Source: an uncultured Verrucomicrobiae bacterium (GTDB lineage Bacteria > Verrucomicrobiota > Verrucomicrobiia > Chthoniobacterales > UBA10450). From it: 64,000 bases of DNA. Location of the stretch: assembly GCA_963834385.1 (NCBI GenBank), contig CAWIBO010000003.1, positions 64,001-128,000 on the forward strand, written 5' to 3'. Position 1 is the stretch's first letter; the number at the start of each line of letters is the position of its first letter. Below, piece after piece: positions 49,314-59,570 of the stretch. Both the position numbers and the translations under genes were made by a program. The notes under the pieces are model-generated. The model was not told where the DNA came from. It saw nothing but the letters and a program-made list of their open reading frames with translations, and searched no databases.

Positions 49314-50708
49314 TCAGGGCGCCGGCTGGACCACCACGCGCATGCCGTCCGTTTGCGTGATGACCACCCGCGCCTCGGCCGGGATAAAATCGCCGCTCGA
49401 GACGACGTCCACAATCTGGTCATCAAACCGGGCTTTGCCGCTGGGCCGGAGGGTGGTGAGGGCAACGCCTTCCATGCCGGAGCGAACATGCACCCCAATG
49501 GCCACATCGCTCCCGGCCCCAATGGAGGGCCCGGTCGGGATCTCGCTCATGAGCGCGAACCGGCGATAAAGGCTGGTGCGCGGGAGATAGCGCGCCAGCA
49601 GAAACATGGAGGCGGCGGCGGCGATCAGCGCGAGCATGAGGTTGCGCAGCGGAATCTCGAGCATGTTGCCGGTCGGCCACCAGTCCTGGCTCGGGTAGCG
49701 GTCCACCATGGCCATAAGGAGCGACCCGAGGACAAGGAGCACGCCGATGATGCCGAAAACGATGCTGGAGCTGGCAAAAAGGAAGATTTCCAGCGCGATA
49801 AAGATCAGGCCAAGGACAAAGAGGGCGACCGTTTCCCACCCGGCCAGGCCGGCCAGGTAATGGCCGAGGAAAAACAGCACGAAACAGACGGCCGAAATGA
49901 TGCCGAAAACGCTGATGCCGGGAATCTTGAACTCAAGGTAGGCGCCGATGATTCCGACCAGCAGAAGGACCGGGGCGAGCGCGGTGATCCAGAGCGCCAG
50001 CTGCTCGAACCCGCTCGGGCTCCAGCGCACGATTTCCCCTTTCAGCCCCGCCTTCTTCACCACCTCTTCGATGGAGTCCGCGATGCCGGCCGCCAGGACC
50101 GGTTTGCCGCCCAGGACCTGCGCCGCCTCCTGCGCGCTGAGGGTCAGGACCGTGCCTTTTTCGTGCACCACTTTGTCGCCGATCCGCACCTCTTTCTCCT
50201 TGTTCATGAAGGCTTCGCCCACGTCGGGGTTGTGCCCCTTGCTCGTGGCCGACGCGCGGATCAGGGCGGACCAGTAGGAGATCGTTTTTTCCTTGGCCGT
50301 GGCCGGCAAATCCTCGCCTGTGGATAGAATCGGCGCGGCTGCCCCGATGGCGCTGACCGGCGCCATGTAAATCTTGTCGGTGGCGAGCGCGATAATGGCC
50401 CCGGCGGAGCCGGCATTGGTGTTGATGTAACTGTAGGTCGGGATCTTGAGCTGGCCGAGCACTCCGGTCAGCTTCTCCGCGCTGTCGAGGCGGCCGCCGT
50501 AGGTGTCGAGATCGAGGATGACCGCGCTGGCCGAGGCGGCTTCCGCAGCCTTTGTCGCCCGGCGCAGCAGCAGGACCTGCGCGGGCGCGATCTCGCCTTT
50601 GAGGGGGATGACGACGATGTCGCCCTTTTCGATCTCCTCCTGCGCGTCCAAAGCGGGGACCAACGCGGCGGCGAGGAGCGCGAGGAGACACAGGGAGATT
50701 TTTTTCAT
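49314..50708 (-). CDS. NfeD family membrane-bound serine protease
   Basis: DTYGG, AGSAGA, IGAA, TM bundle, C-terminal LRPSGKA OB-fold. Confidence 0.9.
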   Translation of the reverse strand: MKKISLCLLALLAAALVPALDAQEEIEKGDIVVIPLKGEIAPAQVLLLRRATKAAEAASASAVILDLDTYGGRLDSAEKLTGVLGQLKIPTYSYINTNAGSAGAIIALATDKIYMAPVSAIGAAAPILSTGEDLPATAKEKTISYWSALIRASATSKGHNPDVGEAFMNKEKEVRIGDKVVHEKGTVLTLSAQEAAQVLGGKPVLAAGIADSIEEVVKKAGLKGEIVRWSPSGFEQLALWITALAPVLLLVGIIGAYLEFKIPGISVFGIISAVCFVLFFLGHYLAGLAGWETVALFVLGLIFIALEIFLFASSSIVFGIIGVLLVLGSLLMAMVDRYPSQDWWPTGNMLEIPLRNLMLALIAAAASMFLLARYLPRTSLYRRFALMSEIPTGPSIGAGSDVAIGVHVRSGMEGVALTTLRPSGKARFDDQIVDVVSSGDFIPAEARVVITQTDGMRVVVQPAP

Positions 50709-50781
50709 CGTTGGAAGCGGGGAGACGCTGCGGTACCTTGGCACCCCCCGCGGTCTTATCGAGGAAAAAAGTGGCTTAAAA

Positions 50782-52596
50782 ATGGGCAGCATACCCGAGG
50801 AAACCATCGAGCAGGTTGCCGCCGCCAACGATATCGCGGACGTGATCGGCTCCTACTTTCCGCTGAAACGCGCGGGCGCCAATTTCAAGGCGCTCTGCCC
50901 CTTTCATCAGGAGAAGACCCCCTCCTTCCATGTCAGTCCGGCGCGCCAGACCTTTCACTGTTTCGGCTGCGGCGTCGGCGGCTCCGTTTTTCGCTTCGTC
51001 ATGGAATACGAGCACATCGATTTCCCGGCGGCGGTGCGACGCCTCGGCGCCCGCGCGGGCATCCCGATCGTTGAGGAACGGTTCTCCACCGCGGAGGGCG
51101 ACCGCCAGCATGAGACGCGCGCCCTGCTCCTGCGGCTCCATGCCGAGGCCGCAGAATGGTTTCATCATCATCTCATGAAGGCGGAGGCCGGCGCGGCGGC
51201 CCGCCAGTACCTGAAAGGGCGCGGGATCGACGGCCGGGTCGCCAAAGCCTGGCAGCTCGGGTTTGCCCCCGATTCCTGGGAGGCCTTTCTCAAGTGGGCG
51301 CGCGAGAAGGGGTATCGCCGCGAACATCTCCGGCAGAGCGGCCTGGTGAAGCTGCGCGATGAGGACCGCCCCGAAGGCGAGCTCTACGATCGCTTTCGCG
51401 GCCGGATCATGTTCCCCATTTGCAACGACATCGGCGAGGTGGTCGCCTTCAGCGGACGGGTCCTCGAGAAGGAAGCGGAAGGCGCGAAATACCTGAACTC
51501 GCCTGAAACCCCGCTTTTCCGGAAGGGGAATATCCTTTTCGGGCTGCACCGAACGAAGCGCGGATTGATTGAGGCGGGGTGCGCCATCGTCTGCGAAGGC
51601 CAGCTGGACCTGATTTCGCTCTTTGAAGCCGGCTTCACCAACGTGGTCGCGCCGCAGGGCACTGCCTTCACCGAAGCGCAGGCCCGCGTTCTGAAGCGCT
51701 ACGTGAACGAGGTTGTCCTTTGTTTCGATTCCGACAGCGCCGGGCAAAAGGCGGCCGAACGCTCGCTCGACGCGCTGTTGCAGAACGATCTCGTCATTCG
51801 CGTGGCCACGATGCCTCCAGGGGAGGACCCGGATTCACTCGTCCGGAACAAGGGGCGCGACGCCTTTGCCGAACGGATCAGCGCGGCGCGTGATTTTTTC
51901 GAGCATTGGATCGAACGCGAAACCGAGGGCGAGAACACCCATTCGCTGGTCGCCCGGACCAAACTGGCCCGGCGCCTTGCCGAAATGGTCGGCCGGATCC
52001 AGGACACCTTTTTGCGCGGCGAAGTGGCGGGCCGGGCCAGCGCGCAGCTCGGGCTGCCCTTGCGCGAGTTTGAAAAACTTGTCCCGCGCGACAACACGCG
52101 TCGTGCAGAGCGTGCGGACCGGGCCGAGCCGGCCGAGCCGGCGCCGGCTCCCTCCCATGAGATTGCCATGATCTGCCTGCTGGCTTTGCGTCACCGCGAG
52201 GCCCGGGATTTTCTCCTCGCGCAGGACTGGCGGGAGCTGCTGGCGCAAACGCCCGGCTCGGAACTGTTGCAGCGCATCCTCGAAGGCTCCTTTGATCCCG
52301 CCGAGCCGAGTTCACTCAACGTCTTCATGGCCGGCCTTCCGCCCGCGGAGGAATCGATCATGGCCGGCTGGCTTCTGCGGCCGATGCCGACCAACCCGCT
52401 CGCGGTGGCCGAGGGATGGTGGCGGGGCCTCCAGCAAAGCGCCCTCCGGCGCCAGCTCCAGGTGGCCGAGCACCGGATGAAACTTCCGCAGCTTACCCCC
52501 GGCGAGGTGGTCAATTTGCAGAAACAAATCCTTGACCTGCAAAAGCAGCTCCGCGAGCTTGCGCAGCTTTCGTCCCCCCGCATTGTCGACCATTGA
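50782..52596 (+). CDS. dnaG: DNA primase
   Basis: CPFH.EKTPSF, CFGC, DRFRGR, KYLNSPET, EG..D, FDSD.AG, DPD motifs. Confidence 0.96.
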   Translation: MGSIPEETIEQVAAANDIADVIGSYFPLKRAGANFKALCPFHQEKTPSFHVSPARQTFHCFGCGVGGSVFRFVMEYEHIDFPAAVRRLGARAGIPIVEERFSTAEGDRQHETRALLLRLHAEAAEWFHHHLMKAEAGAAARQYLKGRGIDGRVAKAWQLGFAPDSWEAFLKWAREKGYRREHLRQSGLVKLRDEDRPEGELYDRFRGRIMFPICNDIGEVVAFSGRVLEKEAEGAKYLNSPETPLFRKGNILFGLHRTKRGLIEAGCAIVCEGQLDLISLFEAGFTNVVAPQGTAFTEAQARVLKRYVNEVVLCFDSDSAGQKAAERSLDALLQNDLVIRVATMPPGEDPDSLVRNKGRDAFAERISAARDFFEHWIERETEGENTHSLVARTKLARRLAEMVGRIQDTFLRGEVAGRASAQLGLPLREFEKLVPRDNTRRAERADRAEPAEPAPAPSHEIAMICLLALRHREARDFLLAQDWRELLAQTPGSELLQRILEGSFDPAEPSSLNVFMAGLPPAEESIMAGWLLRPMPTNPLAVAEGWWRGLQQSALRRQLQVAEHRMKLPQLTPGEVVNLQKQILDLQKQLRELAQLSSPRIVDH

Positions 52597-52659
52597 AGTC
52601 GCCGGGGATGCGGGCGAAATCACGGGCGCAAAGCCTACTCGAAACCTCGACAGCACCCC

Positions 52660-54531
<1,872 letters not shown>

Positions 54532-54577
54532 AAATTCCTGCAACTTTCCGCGGGACCGGCTGTTTAATCACCGTCCA

Positions 54578-54928
54578 ATGAAACGTGATGATGATCAGGC
54601 GCTCTGGGATCTCCTGGGTCGCGCCACCCCCCCGCCGGTTTCCCCTTTCTTCTCCCGTAACGTCCTGCGGCAGATCAGGCTGGCAGAGCCGGAGCGCCCT
54701 GCTTTTCTTCGGCTTTTCTGGCGTCGCGTGCTCCCGGCTGCCGCCGTCGTGCTGGTCGCCGCCAGCCTCCTCCTTTTTCGGTCTTCCTCCCCGGAGGAAC
54801 AGGTCGATCCCGAATTGGTGGCCGAAATCTCGGAGATCGGGGCCCAGAATTTCGACGCCTTTTTCGAGCTCGACGACATCCTCCTGGCCGACGAGGGCAG
54901 TTTCTGGTCGGACGACGCCGTGCTCTGA
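54578..54928 (+). CDS. Hypothetical single-TM protein (anti-sigma-like layout)
   Basis: LWDLLG..SPFFSRNVLR, one TM, acidic tail. Confidence 0.6.
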   Translation: MKRDDDQALWDLLGRATPPPVSPFFSRNVLRQIRLAEPERPAFLRLFWRRVLPAAAVVLVAASLLLFRSSSPEEQVDPELVAEISEIGAQNFDAFFELDDILLADEGSFWSDDAVL

Positions 54929-54968
54929 GGCGGTTTGACGCCCGCGGGGCCGGGCGGTAGATGGTCGG

Positions 54969-55526
54969 GTGCCATCGCAGGGAACGAGCCGGCTCGTGCT
55001 CATCGCCACCAGTCTGGCGGACGATTCGCGCTCGCAAATTGTCGCGCGGGAAGCCCTGGCCCTTGCTGGAAAAAACGAAGGGCACGAGGCTTCGCTGGTC
55101 GATCTCCGGCGCCTTTCGCTCCCGTTCTGCGGGCCGGAGGCAAGCTGGAGCGACACCGCCGTGGCGGACCTGCGCCAGGAGCTGTCGGCGGCCACCCATC
55201 TGATTTTCGCGGTCCCGATCTACAATTACGATGTCAACGCCGCGGCCAAGAACGTCGTCGAGCTGATGGGGGGCGACGTCTTCGCAGGCAAAACGGTCGG
55301 GTTCATCTGCTGCGCGGGCGGCCGGGGGTCTTACATGTCCATTCTCTCGTTCGCCAATTCCCTCATGCTCGACTTCCGCTGCTGGATCGTGCCGCGCTTC
55401 GTCTATGTGACGGGTGAGGACTTCAAGGGGGACGAACTGGCCAATCCCGAGGTCCGCGAACGTCTGCAACTGCTCCTGCAGGAGGCGCTGACCGGTCCCG
55501 GTGGCCCGGTCAGGAAGAAACGCTGA
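54969..55526 (+). CDS. NADPH-dependent FMN reductase family
   Basis: S....SRS, VPIYNY...AAKN, GG motifs. Confidence 0.85.
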   Translation: MPSQGTSRLVLIATSLADDSRSQIVAREALALAGKNEGHEASLVDLRRLSLPFCGPEASWSDTAVADLRQELSAATHLIFAVPIYNYDVNAAAKNVVELMGGDVFAGKTVGFICCAGGRGSYMSILSFANSLMLDFRCWIVPRFVYVTGEDFKGDELANPEVRERLQLLLQEALTGPGGPVRKKR

Positions 55527-56556
55527 CCTCGCCGGCCCCGGGCCACTCGGCGGTCACGCAAACGTCGGAGCCGATCCGCTCGAAATCCGGCGCCACCAGT
55601 CGCACCCCCTCCGCCGTCGTCGCCGCCCCGCGTCCGCCGAAGGCCAGCACAGGGCCCCCGGTCAAAAGCGGCGCGAGATAGATCCGGACCCGGTCGGCCA
55701 GCTTCTCCTCCAGGGCCTGGCTCAGGATCTCGCCGCCACCCTCGATCAGGACACTGGTGATTTCGCGGCGGCCCAGCTCGGAAAGCGCGGCCCGCAGGGT
55801 CAATCCCCGCAGGACGATCGTCCGCTCCCGGTGAGAGTCGGTCAAAAGGCGGGCTGCCGGGGGCAGTTTGCCGGAGCGGGTCAGGACCACCCGCCACGGC
55901 TGGCGACCTGCGGTCGCCAGGGTCAGGCGCGGATCATCTTTTCGGACGGTGCCCGCCCCGACCAGGATGGCATCAAATCTCCCCCGCTCCCGGCGGGCTT
56001 GCCGGCGGGCTGCCGCGCCGGTCAGCCAGCGCGATTCCCCCGGAGCGCGCGTCAGCCGTCCATCCAGGCTCATCCCGCATTTTAAAGTGACGTGCGGCAG
56101 GCCAGTCCGGATCCATTTGTTAAACCCGGGGTTGAGCGCCGTGGCGTCGTCGGCCAGCACCCCGTCTCTCACCTCCAGCCCGCCGGCTTCGAGCAGGGCG
56201 CGGGCGCGGCCGGAGTGACGGGGATTTGGATCGGTCCCGGCAAAAACCACGCGTTGCACCCCGGCGGCAATGATCGTTCCCGTGCAGGGCGGAGTCCGGC
56301 CGGTACTGCTGCACGGCTCCAGCGTGACATAGAGGGTCGCATCGGCGGGAAGCCGGCCTTTCGCGCGGGCCAGACAGGCCGCTTCGGCATGGGGCGTTCC
56401 CGGGCCGCCATGAAAGGCGCGGGCAAGAATTTTACCCTTTGAGACGAGAACGGCGCCGACGGCAGGATTGGGGCTGGTCAAGCCGGTCCCTTTGCGAGCC
56501 TCGGCCAGCGCGGCGCGCATGAAACGGATGTCCGGGTCAGCGTCTTTTTGTCTCAT
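55510..56556 (-). CDS. ribD: Riboflavin biosynthesis deaminase/reductase
   Basis: PNPAVG, HAE, TLEPC..PPC, SLDG, DDPRL, IEGG motifs. Confidence 0.95.
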   Translation of the reverse strand: MRQKDADPDIRFMRAALAEARKGTGLTSPNPAVGAVLVSKGKILARAFHGGPGTPHAEAACLARAKGRLPADATLYVTLEPCSSTGRTPPCTGTIIAAGVQRVVFAGTDPNPRHSGRARALLEAGGLEVRDGVLADDATALNPGFNKWIRTGLPHVTLKCGMSLDGRLTRAPGESRWLTGAAARRQARRERGRFDAILVGAGTVRKDDPRLTLATAGRQPWRVVLTRSGKLPPAARLLTDSHRERTIVLRGLTLRAALSELGRREITSVLIEGGGEILSQALEEKLADRVRIYLAPLLTGGPVLAFGGRGAATTAEGVRLVAPDFERIGSDVCVTAEWPGAGEVSVSS

Positions 56557-56688
56557 GGGTTCAAGGTGAACCAAGTTACTAGGTGCGACAGAAATTCACA
56601 GTTTGGGAAGGAGAAAAATGGGACACTGAAGTGGTTAATGATCTCGAAAAGAGGGAGTTGTGAATCTCAACGGGTGCCGGTGCATTCA

Positions 56689-56704
56689 TGGCATTCGTGA
56701 CGCT
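56689..56704 (+). promoter_or_regulatory. Possible sigma54-type -24/-12 promoter
   Basis: TGGCAT-TCGTG-ACGCT: GG-N10-GC spacing about 47 nt upstream of the hsp20 ATG. Confidence 0.3.
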
Positions 56705-56750
56705 TAACAAATGGCAGCAGTAACCCATTAACGAAAGGAGTTCTTACATC

Positions 56751-57218
56751 ATGAGTTTAATCCGTTACCAGACACCAGAGTTGGGCAACTGGCGAGCCGT
56801 GGACCAGTGGTCGCAGTTGCGTGATGAGATCAACAGTCTCTTTGAAGGGCCGCTGTGGGCCGGTTATGCGCGCACGCCCCAGCTTTTCAACGGCTGGACC
56901 CCTGCGCTCGACCTCTACCAGGACAACGACAACGTCGTCGCCATGGTGGAGCTCCCGGGCCTGCGCAAGGAGGACATCGAGATTTCGCTGCACGACGGCA
57001 CCCTGACCATCAGCGGGGAGCGCAAGAGCGAGCCGAGGGAAGGCGAGAAGCCGGAGAAGACCGAACGCTTCGTGGGCCGGTTTCGCCGCAGCGTCACGCT
57101 GCCGAGCCGCATCGATGCGGACAAGGTCAACGCCGGTTACAAGGATGGCATTCTGACCGTGACCATGCCGAAGGCGGAGGAAGCGAAGCCGAAGCGGATC
57201 GCGGTGAACGTCGACTGA
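56751..57218 (+). CDS. Hsp20/alpha-crystallin small heat shock protein
   Basis: PALD, ELPG, LTISGER, FRRS.TLP, YKDGILTV.MPK; AAGGAG RBS. Confidence 0.94.
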   Translation: MSLIRYQTPELGNWRAVDQWSQLRDEINSLFEGPLWAGYARTPQLFNGWTPALDLYQDNDNVVAMVELPGLRKEDIEISLHDGTLTISGERKSEPREGEKPEKTERFVGRFRRSVTLPSRIDADKVNAGYKDGILTVTMPKAEEAKPKRIAVNVD

Positions 57219-57269
57219 GAAACAACGGGCGGGGCTGCGGCCCCTCCCGGCAACTTTAAGGAGGAAACG

Positions 57270-57641
57270 ATGGAAACAATGGTTCGAGAAAATCAAAACG
57301 GCACCACGGCGCGCCCGGAACGCTTTGTCACGCCCCGGGCGACCCTGCGGGAGACCGGGGAGGGCTACACCCTCGAGGTGGAGATGCCGGGGGTGACCCG
57401 GGAAGGCCTCGAGGTCTCCGCCGAGAACAATGAGCTGACGATCACCGGTCGCCGCTCCCTGCCGAAAGTGGAGGGAACGCTGCTGCATCGCGAATCGCGC
57501 CCGGAAAACTTCCGGCGCGTGTTCGAGATCGATCCTTCGATCGACCTCGGTCGGATTGGCGCCCGGCTGGACCAGGGGATTCTGACCCTGTCGCTGCCGA
57601 AGGCGGAGCACGTCAAACCGCGCAAGATCTCGGTGGAATAA
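57270..57641 (+). CDS. Hsp20/alpha-crystallin small heat shock protein
   Basis: EMPGV, LTITG, FRRVF, GILTLSLPK; AGGAGG RBS. Confidence 0.92.
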   Translation: METMVRENQNGTTARPERFVTPRATLRETGEGYTLEVEMPGVTREGLEVSAENNELTITGRRSLPKVEGTLLHRESRPENFRRVFEIDPSIDLGRIGARLDQGILTLSLPKAEHVKPRKISVE

Positions 57642-57663
57642 CCGGAAAATCAGTCTCAGCCGG

Positions 57664-57701
57664 GAAGCCGCGGGTCGAAGGACTCGCGGCTTCTTTGTTT
57701 T
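57664..57701 (+). terminator. Intrinsic terminator
   Basis: GAAGCCGCGGGTC-GAAG-GACTCGCGGCTTC followed by TTTGTTTT. Confidence 0.75.
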
Positions 57702-57763
57702 CCATCGGGAAACGCTTTTAAGCTTGGCGGAGAGGGCCGAAGGGGGGTTACCTTACCGCGACC

Positions 57764-58802
57764 ATGGCCACGAAAACCGAAGAAAAATCGAGCGCGGACA
57801 AGGTGACCGCGGCCCGGAACAAGAATCTCGACCTTGCCCTCCAGCAAATCGCAAAGGATTACGGCGACGGCGCCATCATGCGCCTGGGGGATAGCAACAT
57901 TGTCGAAATCGATGTCATTCCCACAGGCAACATTTTGATCGACCGGGCCCTTGGCGTGGGCGGCTTTCCCCGAGGCCGGGTAGTGGAGGTCTACGGACCG
58001 GAATCATCCGGAAAGACCACGCTCACCCTGACGGTGATCGCGCAGGCGCAAAAGCGGGGTGGCCTTGCCGCCTTTGTTGATGTGGAACACGCCCTCGACC
58101 CGCAATACGCGCGGCGCCTGGGGGTGAACATGGACGACCTCCTCGTTTCCCAGCCCAGCTCGGGCGAGGAAGCGCTTCGCATCGTGGAAACTTTGGTCCG
58201 CTCCAATGCCCTCGACGTCATCGTGCTCGACTCCGTGGCCGCCCTCGTGACCAAGCAGGAACTCGAAGGGGAGATCGGCGATTCCACCGTCGGCGCCCAG
58301 GCCCGTCTGATGAGCGCGGCCATGCGCAAGCTGACCTCGCTCATCTCCAAGGCCCGCACCTGCTGCATTTTCACCAACCAGATCCGCGAAAAGATTGGCG
58401 TCATGTTCGGCAACCCCGAGACCACCCCCGGCGGCAAGGCGCTCAAATTCTACGCCAGCGTCCGGGTGGATATCCGCCGCATCGGCGCGATCAAGCAGAC
58501 CGACGGCGTGGTCACCGGGAACCGCACCCGCGTGAAGGTGGTGAAGAACAAGGTCGCGCCCCCGTTCACCGAGGCAGAGTTCGATATCATGTATAACGAG
58601 GGCATTTCCTCGACTGGCGCCCTGATCGATCTCGCCCTGGAAAAACAGATCATCGAGAAGCGCGGTTCCTGGCTCAGCTACAAGGGAACGCAGTTGGCGC
58701 AGGGTCGCGACGCGGCCAAGGAAGCGCTCAAGGCGGATGCCGGCCCTCTACGAGGAGATCGAAACCGCGGTCAAGGCGAAGCTCGACGAGGAAAAAGAAT
58801 AA
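57764..58802 (+). CDS. recA: Recombinase A (frameshift near 58743)
   Basis: [33 protein letters not shown]; corrected end [18 protein letters not shown]. Confidence 0.97.
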
Positions 58803-58809
58803 CGCCCAC

Positions 58810-59460
58810 CTATTGGAAGACGATTTCGGTCTCGAACTGACCCGCCGGCTGCCGGTGCAGCTCGAGAAATTTCGGCGCGATCTTCTCGGGATCAAAACGG
58901 GTCCCGGGTTTTACGAACCCGCCGATGGTGACGGTGGCGACATGAATTCCTTGGGGGGCAAGTTCGCGCGCCAGGACAAAAGCGAGGTTGCGGAGAGCGG
59001 CCTTGCCGATCCCCACGGAGGCGAACTGCGGCATCGGTTCGAGCGCCAGAATGCCGCCGGTGAAAAGAATGGTGCCGCGCCCCGCCTTTTTCATCCCTTC
59101 GAGAACGCAGCGGGTTGAGACCAGCGCACCGACCAGGCTGAGACGCAGATCCTCTTCGAGTTGTTCGGGGGAAAGCGCGCTAGCGGGCGCTTTGCGAAAG
59201 GCAAAGGCGTTGTAAACCAGAACCTCCGGCGCGCCCAGCTCGGCCTCGATCTGCCCGAAAACCGGGACCAGCTCGTCAGCCTTTGAGGCATCGGCCGCGA
59301 AGAAGCGCGCGCCGTTATCCTCCAGCTCCTTCAGTTGCTCTTCTTTGCCCGTGCGAGAACGCGCGACCAGCCCAAGCTGAAAACCCTCCCCGGCGAAGAC
59401 GCGGGCGATCGCATGGCCGTTCCCCGGTCCAAATCCGATAACTGCGCAGACTTTGCTCAT
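58810..59460 (-). CDS. Short-chain dehydrogenase/reductase
   Basis: [21 protein letters not shown] motifs. Confidence 0.85.
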   Translation of the reverse strand: MSKVCAVIGFGPGNGHAIARVFAGEGFQLGLVARSRTGKEEQLKELEDNGARFFAADASKADELVPVFGQIEAELGAPEVLVYNAFAFRKAPASALSPEQLEEDLRLSLVGALVSTRCVLEGMKKAGRGTILFTGGILALEPMPQFASVGIGKAALRNLAFVLARELAPQGIHVATVTIGGFVKPGTRFDPEKIAPKFLELHRQPAGQFETEIVFQ

Positions 59461-59570
59461 CTCTCCCATGGTTCGTCCGGGAAAGGCAGGCGGATGAGCC
59501 AAACTGGCCTGAAAGCCCGGATTGGCCCGGCGCTTTACCCCGGCCCTGCGCCGCGTAATCTTCGCGCGTG

